From NCBI GenBank assembly GCA_002633005.1, contig NMRA01000203.1, positions 157,579-216,331 on the forward strand: DNA of 58,753 nt. Direction: 5' to 3'. The translations under genes and the position numbers were made by a program. Positions within the stretch are counted from its first letter, which is position 1; every line of letters begins with the position of its first letter. Below the pieces are notes generated by a model, which was not told the origin of the DNA, made no database searches, and saw only the letters and a program-made list of their open reading frames with translations. Shown one piece after another: positions 52,708-58,753 of the stretch. The DNA is from Phoronis australis (taxonomy: Eukaryota > Animalia > Phoronida).

Positions 52708-53759
52708 ATAGAGCCATTTTGTAAATACATTGAAAGTCGACTTTCACTGCATTGTGCAACATTCAGAATCCGAATATCATAATGAAATAAATATGAGTGT
52801 AGTTAAAAATACACAATCAAAACTTCCAATTGCGTTCAGTGCAACATTTTGTGATATATAGAGCTTGTTCAGGGATCTTAAAAATGGTAAGGTAACTGTG
52901 CTTTTGGGAAGAAATGGAGCAAAATTAGCAACTGTAACAGCAATATTCATTGAAATGAAACAACGATACGGTAAAACTTACACAAGTTACATCCCACTGG
53001 ACTGAGAGACTTCATCAGATTACAGTGAAATCTTACATATTTGAAGGGCTGAGTGCACAAACTAGACCAACTGTACCTATAAACTTTGTCAGAGTTGAGC
53101 CAACAATCCTACCTTTGCATATCAGACTTATGAAAGTTTCACTGCATTTGAACACACCATGGGACACATTATTAAGTCACAATTAAACGTCAAAGTTTAG
53201 GACTTTAAAGTTTATACAAAAAGTAAGTACCAATGAAAGTACTCTGAATGAGCAAAGTACATGCTTAACTAATTTTCAGACTATACACCAATGTGTCCTT
53301 TAAGTTGAGACATCTGTTTCTAACATTACTGAATTAAAAATAGTTCGAGAGATCAACATGATGAACGCAAAGTAAATACAATTTCATAACAGCATTTGAG
53401 ATTAACGTGAAAGAAAAGTAGTCAACTATTCCCAATATTTACAATGCTGAGATTATTAAGAAATTTATATGGCCTAACATTGTTTACGCCCCTCGGGAGA
53501 TAATTCTACAAAATCCACTCGGGCTCTAGATAACGTGGGATAACGACTTCGTCATGTAATAATCTATATGTATAGTTTAAAGCCTGCTTGAACTAAGCTG
53601 GTAGTAAGAACTATTAGCAACTCGTGCTGAATGAAAGAACATTTGCTACTTTCTATACGAACAGCTATAATCAAAAACAGTTAACTTTGTTTTAAAATAT
53701 ATTCATACAAAACATGATGATAATTGTGCTGTTATAAATCTCACATTGATATGGTGTCA

Positions 53760-54010
53760 GTAAGAATTATTAGTCTTCTTACACGCCACATGACCTAAGA
53801 AGATATGTCCCGACCAAGGCTCAAACTAGGGACTTTCTGCCAACTGTGATTGAATTTTTTTAATCGACAGGTCGTTCTAATAGTTCAGTAGACTAGAGTG
53901 ATAGCACAGTTGGATTTGAGCCCTGATTGAGACAGATATCTTTTCATGATTCACCATAGGTCATGAGATGCGACCAAATATTGCATATTAGAAGACTAAT
54001 AAATTCTTAA
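53760..54010. mobile_element. MITE with TAAGAATT(T)ATTAGTCTTCT TIRs and tRNA-like interior
   Basis: taagaattattagtcttct at 53761 and agaagactaataaattctta ending ~54009; interior has opposed A/B-box-like segments. Confidence 0.55.
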
Positions 54011-54041
54011 TTATATACAAGATGATTGGAAGCCGAATGTG

Positions 54042-54146
54042 CATTACTTTATACAAACACAATATTACAATGTGTACATCATACTAACTCATTACTTTAT
54101 ACAAACACAATATTACAATGTGTACATCATACTAACTCATTACTTC
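54042..54146. repeat. ~48-bp tandem duplication
   Basis: cattactttatacaaacacaatattacaatgtgtacatcatactaact x2. Confidence 0.85.
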
Positions 54147-54720
54147 TTAAAGATTATGTAGGATCCTAGAACCATATCCCAAGTTTGGAACATCATATCT
54201 CAGAAAAGGCTCATCAGCTTCATACGAAATTATCAGATACTAAGTTTCATGCACTGCTCTGCAAAGGATGTTAGAAATTGTTGTTAAAATGTTCCATTTT
54301 TGCATGAATGTTGATAAATAAACAGGACTTTTGATTTCTTTTCAAAAAAAAACATTAAAAGATGCATAAAATGAAGACCAAAAATAATCAAACTTTAGAA
54401 AACAGTTGCAATGTTTTTCAGATTTCATCTTGGTCATTTACATCGAATGAAATTTAATCATATTATTCTTACGGTTAGTTTGCTATGAATGTACCGGTTT
54501 CTTTTTTGCTAAATTTTACTCAAAAGACATGACCCAACTAATGGGAGATTAATATAAAACTTTCAAAGTTAAAATCTACTTTTGTTAATACTTAGCTACA
54601 GACTTGTTGATAAGTTCACATGTACTCTTAAAATGAAAATATTTAACACAAAAGATATACTGACAGATCAATGTAAGGGGATGTTACCTTGTAACAATGC
54701 AGATCCTTGGTTATCTTATA

Positions 54721-55023
54721 AAGACATTTTCTATGTTAATTGATGTTCCCTTGCCAAGTATTTGAAATGCATGATACCAAAGAAAGTGGCGTAAAGGGCC
54801 AGACAAAGGGCCCACATCTTGTTTCTCTATTCACTTTCACTGAGCAAATGCAAATGATCTCAGTGCACAGTCTTGTGTTCAATAGGAGGTAGAACATAGT
54901 GATTCCTCAATGAAAACGAATGCAGAACCAAGATGCAGGCCCTTTGTTGGGCCATTTACATCACTTCCTGTTGATCCACTGATCATATGCCCTTGGAACA
55001 GTAATTAACACAAAAATGTATTT
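54721..55023. repeat. ~300-bp imperfect palindrome downstream of POMT2 stop
   Basis: aagacattttctatgttaattgatgttcc pairs with ggaacagtaattaacacaaaaatgtattt; aaagtggcgtaaagggccagacaaagggcc pairs with ggccctttgttgggccatttacatcacttc. Confidence 0.7.
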
Positions 55024-55143
55024 CCAAGCTAATTTCAGAAAAAAATAAATACTTTCGTTTGGCTGCCATGAATTGTAGCAAATAACTCTATGTGCAATTT
55101 TATAATACATTTAATTTCTCATGATTTACTTTTTCTGATGAGT

Positions 55144-55249
55144 TCAAATATCCCATGAATCTAACCACTTCAAACCATGCATTGAACTGTTAGGGTTCTC
55201 TGATGTAGGACCATGCATTCCATAGGCCAGCGGATGGAACAAGTAGAAA
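55144..55249 (-). CDS. POMT2: POMT2 last coding exon ([14 protein letters not shown]...[10 protein letters not shown])
   Basis: tttgtttgtag acceptor; [12 protein letters not shown] and LxWLDSWD C-terminus diagnostic of POMT2; TGA at 55146-55144. Confidence 0.95.
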
Positions 55250-55497
55250 CTACAAACAAAGCAAAAGTCAGGAAAATTACAATAAGAAAGTTTTCAACAA
55301 GAAACAAACTTTAGAGTAAGGCTCCTAGGGTTGGCTGCCAACTCTAACCTCTGTACCATGAGTGGACGAGAGTCTATCAACTCCCTCTGCATAGAAAACT
55401 AGTTCATGGAAGGTACCTCCCAACCATGGCTGACAATCATTTATAGCTCAGGTGAAGTACTTTACTGATGGACACAACTATATGACTGCAGAGCCCT

Positions 55498-55775
55498 GGG
55501 GCCTATTTCATGAAATATGACTATGAGACAGAAATTTGGTCTTACACTTCATACAACTATTTCTGAAAATGATTAAATATCACCAGAGCAAAAGTGCAAA
55601 ATTTATGAGAATATCCACATAAGTGCCACTTACTTATTAAATAATTTCCATAAAATATTCTTAGATTGTGATGTGCTCAGAACTACCGTACTTTACTAAA
55701 CATTTAATCAGCACTGGTGAAGTGAGAGCAGACCACAAATTTTTGTCTTAAATTATTTTTCATTAAATAAACCCC
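55498..55775. mobile_element. Harbinger-like MITE in last POMT2 intron
   Basis: GGGGCCTATTTCATGAAA vs reverse complement GGGGTTTATTTAATGAAA. Confidence 0.45.
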
Positions 55776-56635
55776 ACATGATGAATACAGGACACGACCT
55801 TTTGGATATGATTCCACTGCACCAACTACTGAGCTATAGGGCTGCTATTAAAAGGAATTGTTACCTTTTGGAGCCATTTTTGTTCAAAATCATGAATTGC
55901 TCTAAAAATATTTTGAATCTTTCTGGTAAATTTCTATTAAAATACAATTAACAATTCTTCAAACCAGAAATGTGATGCATGGCAGTGAGCTAATGAATCA
56001 TTGCTCTGTGAATTTATGCCTGAATTTCATCCTGTTTGTCTGGTTAAGAATTAGGCTTTTTTAATGAAATCACTCTTGTAATATTCCTTACTGTGATGGC
56101 AGCATTCTATTCCTGTTACCAACAATATCAAAACCGTCAGCGACTCATCATAACAAATGTATTGAGGTCGGCTAACCCTAAATTGCAGATTCAAAAATGG
56201 TATAAGGACACAATGCCCAGGACTTGAGTTGCCGGCTCACTCAACAATAGTTCAATCTTGGGTAACCGTGGTAACATTTTTAAACTCATGAACCGCTTCC
56301 GTTAATAATTCAACATTGACAGCTAAACATGAGCAAAATGAAGCTTAAATTTCTTTATCTGGCATCATTGCCCAAGTCTAATAGGAAATTGTTATATATT
56401 TGGGCTGAGAATGAAAATTAATAAGAGTCTCTGCCACTGAGAGCAATAAAAACACGAGAACACAGCTTACTTGGATGGGCTGAAATTTTCAGAACTTTCA
56501 TACTATGTCACAGTTGTGGTTTGCAGAATCACATTATTTCATGTTTATGGAAATCATTTCAAAGTTTCAAAATACCTTTAATTGCTTCAAGTAAAATATT
56601 AAGCCCAACTGAACATAAATGCCTTCAAAAAAAGT

Positions 56636-57133
56636 AATGTTACCTGTACAGTGTATTTCATAGAATATTACCTGTACAGTGTATTTCATAGAATATTACC
56701 TGTACACAGTGTATTTCATAGAATATTACCTGTACAGTGTATTTAATAGAATATTACCAGTACAGTGTATTTCATAGAATGTTACCTGTACAGTGCATTT
56801 CATAGAATGTTACCTGTACAGTGTATTTCATAGAATATTACCTGTACACAGTGTATTTCATAGAATATTACCTGTACAGTGTATTTAATAGAATATTACC
56901 AGTACAGTGTATTTCATAGAATGTTACCTGTACAGTGCATTTCATAGAATGTTACCTGCACAGTGTATTTCATAGAATATTACCTGTACACAGTGTATTT
57001 CATAGAATATTACCTGTACAGTGTATTTAATAGAATGTTACCTGTACAGTGCATTTCATAGAATGCTACCTGTACAGTGTATTTCATAGAATGTTGCCTG
57101 TACAGTGTATTTCATAGAATGTTACCTGTACAC
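56636..57133 (-). repeat. 28/30-bp minisatellite (17 full units + partial) overlapping the POMT2 penultimate-exon donor
   Basis: Unit aat(g/a)ttacctgtacagtgtatttcatag; minus strand contains TACAG|GTAAY in most units. Confidence 0.95.
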
Positions 57134-57237
57134 AATGATTGACAAGAAGCAACCAATTAATACATGGAAGACATTCCAGGCCAACTTCTCTGGTACAAGA
57201 CGACTGACTTCACTCACAATGAACTCCAACAATATGG
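57126..57237 (-). CDS. POMT2: POMT2 penultimate coding exon (ILLEFIVSEVSRLVPEKLAWNVFHVLIGCFLSIIVY)
   Basis: cttatttcag acceptor, cag|gtaac donor; 112 nt phase 1/2 keeps frame between neighbours; hydrophobic last TM. Confidence 0.9.
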
Positions 57238-58167
57238 CTGAAAATAAGTATTGAATCAATCAAGATCTAAATCATATCCTTGTTCATGAACAGCTATATG
57301 CATTTTCATGATAAAGCCTGATACTGACAACATGCTTTCAAACTGACAAAACTTTGCATGACTTGTGAAACACTACACATACTATACAGTTTGAAGACCT
57401 TTATCTACTCTGCTGTACATTCCAAAATATTCATCCACCAACACAACAAACCTAAAGAATTACAAACAACAAGTCTGGTAATATCAAAAATCACCAGAGA
57501 TCCGTAGTAGCAACTGGCTGGAACATGAACTCATCTCCGGCATTAGTCATACACTGTCACGGATACAATCATTAACAAACTATGGTAAAATCTCATCTGT
57601 TCAATTATGGACAAAAACAATTCTTTGCCAAAACTACATTTTGTGTATTCAAGTTCTTCCAACATTGTTGGGAATGCCTACAATTTTTCGAATTATTTTC
57701 TATCATAGCTACGATAGAGAAACTGAAAATGGTAAAGCATTAATATCATGCCACGTATTTTTTATCAAAAAAATTAAAAAATAAAATGTCACTTGCCTGG
57801 CATATTGAGCCCAAAATTGATGAGATTTTACCTAACTCTGACAAAGGACAGAATATAGACCATCCAGACAAAAACAAAAATTTCCCCAACTATGGAGAAC
57901 ACCTTTCCACGAGGAAAGCAAAAATGACATGAATAAATGTAGTGCCTAAATCACAAGGTCACAAGAAAACACTTTAAAGTTTCCAATTTGGAACTTTCAA
58001 GTTACTGAACTCACTTCATAATAATGTACACGACAAAAGCAATCAGACAAAATGACCTGTAATTTGCCTTAATTATGGCTGAGTGCAAGAGTATGTAGAA
58101 TTACTCGTCATGACAGCGGAACCCTTTGGTATTTTGTCTCATTACTTTTGACATGTGCAGTGCCTAC

Positions 58168-58308
58168 CTGTGAACATTGTGCTGAAGAGAAAAGCTGGGA
58201 AGTAATGATGAAAGTATAGGACACGCCCCATGGTCCAAAATGGGAAGTAGTGTAGGCCCCAGCCAATCAGCAACCACAGACAGCTAGTCAAGGTACGGTC
58301 ACGCTTGG
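58168..58308 (-). CDS. POMT2: Protein O-mannosyltransferase 2, third-last coding exon
   Basis: [28 protein letters not shown] matches POMT2 C-terminal 4TM region; tgtttcag acceptor, gtaggc donor; 141 nt phase 1/1. Upstream exons lie beyond the window. Confidence 0.95.
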
Positions 58309-58445
58309 CTGAAACAGTTTTGTGAGTTCGAAATTGTTTAATACCTTCCATATAAAGTCCTTCCTAGAATTGTGTCTTCAAACACAAAAGAACAAAGACT
58401 CACATCATTAAGAAAGTGTGAACAACAAATTACATATAAAAACTA

Positions 58446-58525
58446 TTGTGACTGAAATAGTGTTGCCACACATTGTGACTGAAATAGTGTTGCCACATCT
58501 TGTGACTGAAATAGTGTTGCCACAC
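58446..58525. repeat. Minisatellite, 27 bp x3 in POMT2 intron
   Basis: ttgtgactgaaatagtgttgccaca(ca/tc). Confidence 0.9.
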
Positions 58526-58753
58526 CCTTATCTTTGCCACCGATTCCATGGCAGTGTTGATGAAAGTTCAATCTGGAAACCTCCCAGCCAACTGGGGTGT
58601 CTTCCGATCACGCCACCCTCATCATGTGGTGATCTGGTCTTTCGTACCTGGCCACGCCGGTGTCTTGATTAATGAGCGTGCAGATTACCTCGCTGGCTCA
58701 TGCACCACCAACCAACCCCTCTACTTATATTCGGCTGACGTTAAGCTGCTGGC

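Overview
Eukaryotic (metazoan, probably marine invertebrate) AT-rich genomic DNA, not prokaryotic; most short ORFs in the track are spurious. Four host genes can be assembled by hand from GT-AG exons: (1) a 5-exon cytosolic-type thioredoxin (+, 3925-23050, 107 aa, WCPPC active site); (2) a 2-coding-exon PPC/DUF296 protein (-, 29479-30651, 144 aa); (3) a single-coding-exon class A peptide GPCR of allatostatin-A/galanin-receptor type (+, 42979-44040, VRF in place of DRY); (4) the last three coding exons of POMT2 (-, 55144-58308; gene continues beyond the window). The rest is dense with transposon debris: two THAP-bearing Kolobok-like elements, 5-bp-TSD MITEs, HINE/DINE-1-like elements, RTEX-, CR1-group and L1/Tx1-like LINE remnants, a DIRS-like fragment nested in a LINE, fold-back MITEs and minisatellites. 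The most unusual signals are tandem repeats that amplify real 5' splice sites (17 extra units at a POMT2 donor, one at a thioredoxin donor) and two tiny CATAG...CTATG inserts with 7-bp duplications resembling P-element excision footprints. An ~850-bp duplication across an N is probably an assembly artefact. No CRISPR array or rRNA/tRNA gene was found; no clearly new multi-gene system is supported.
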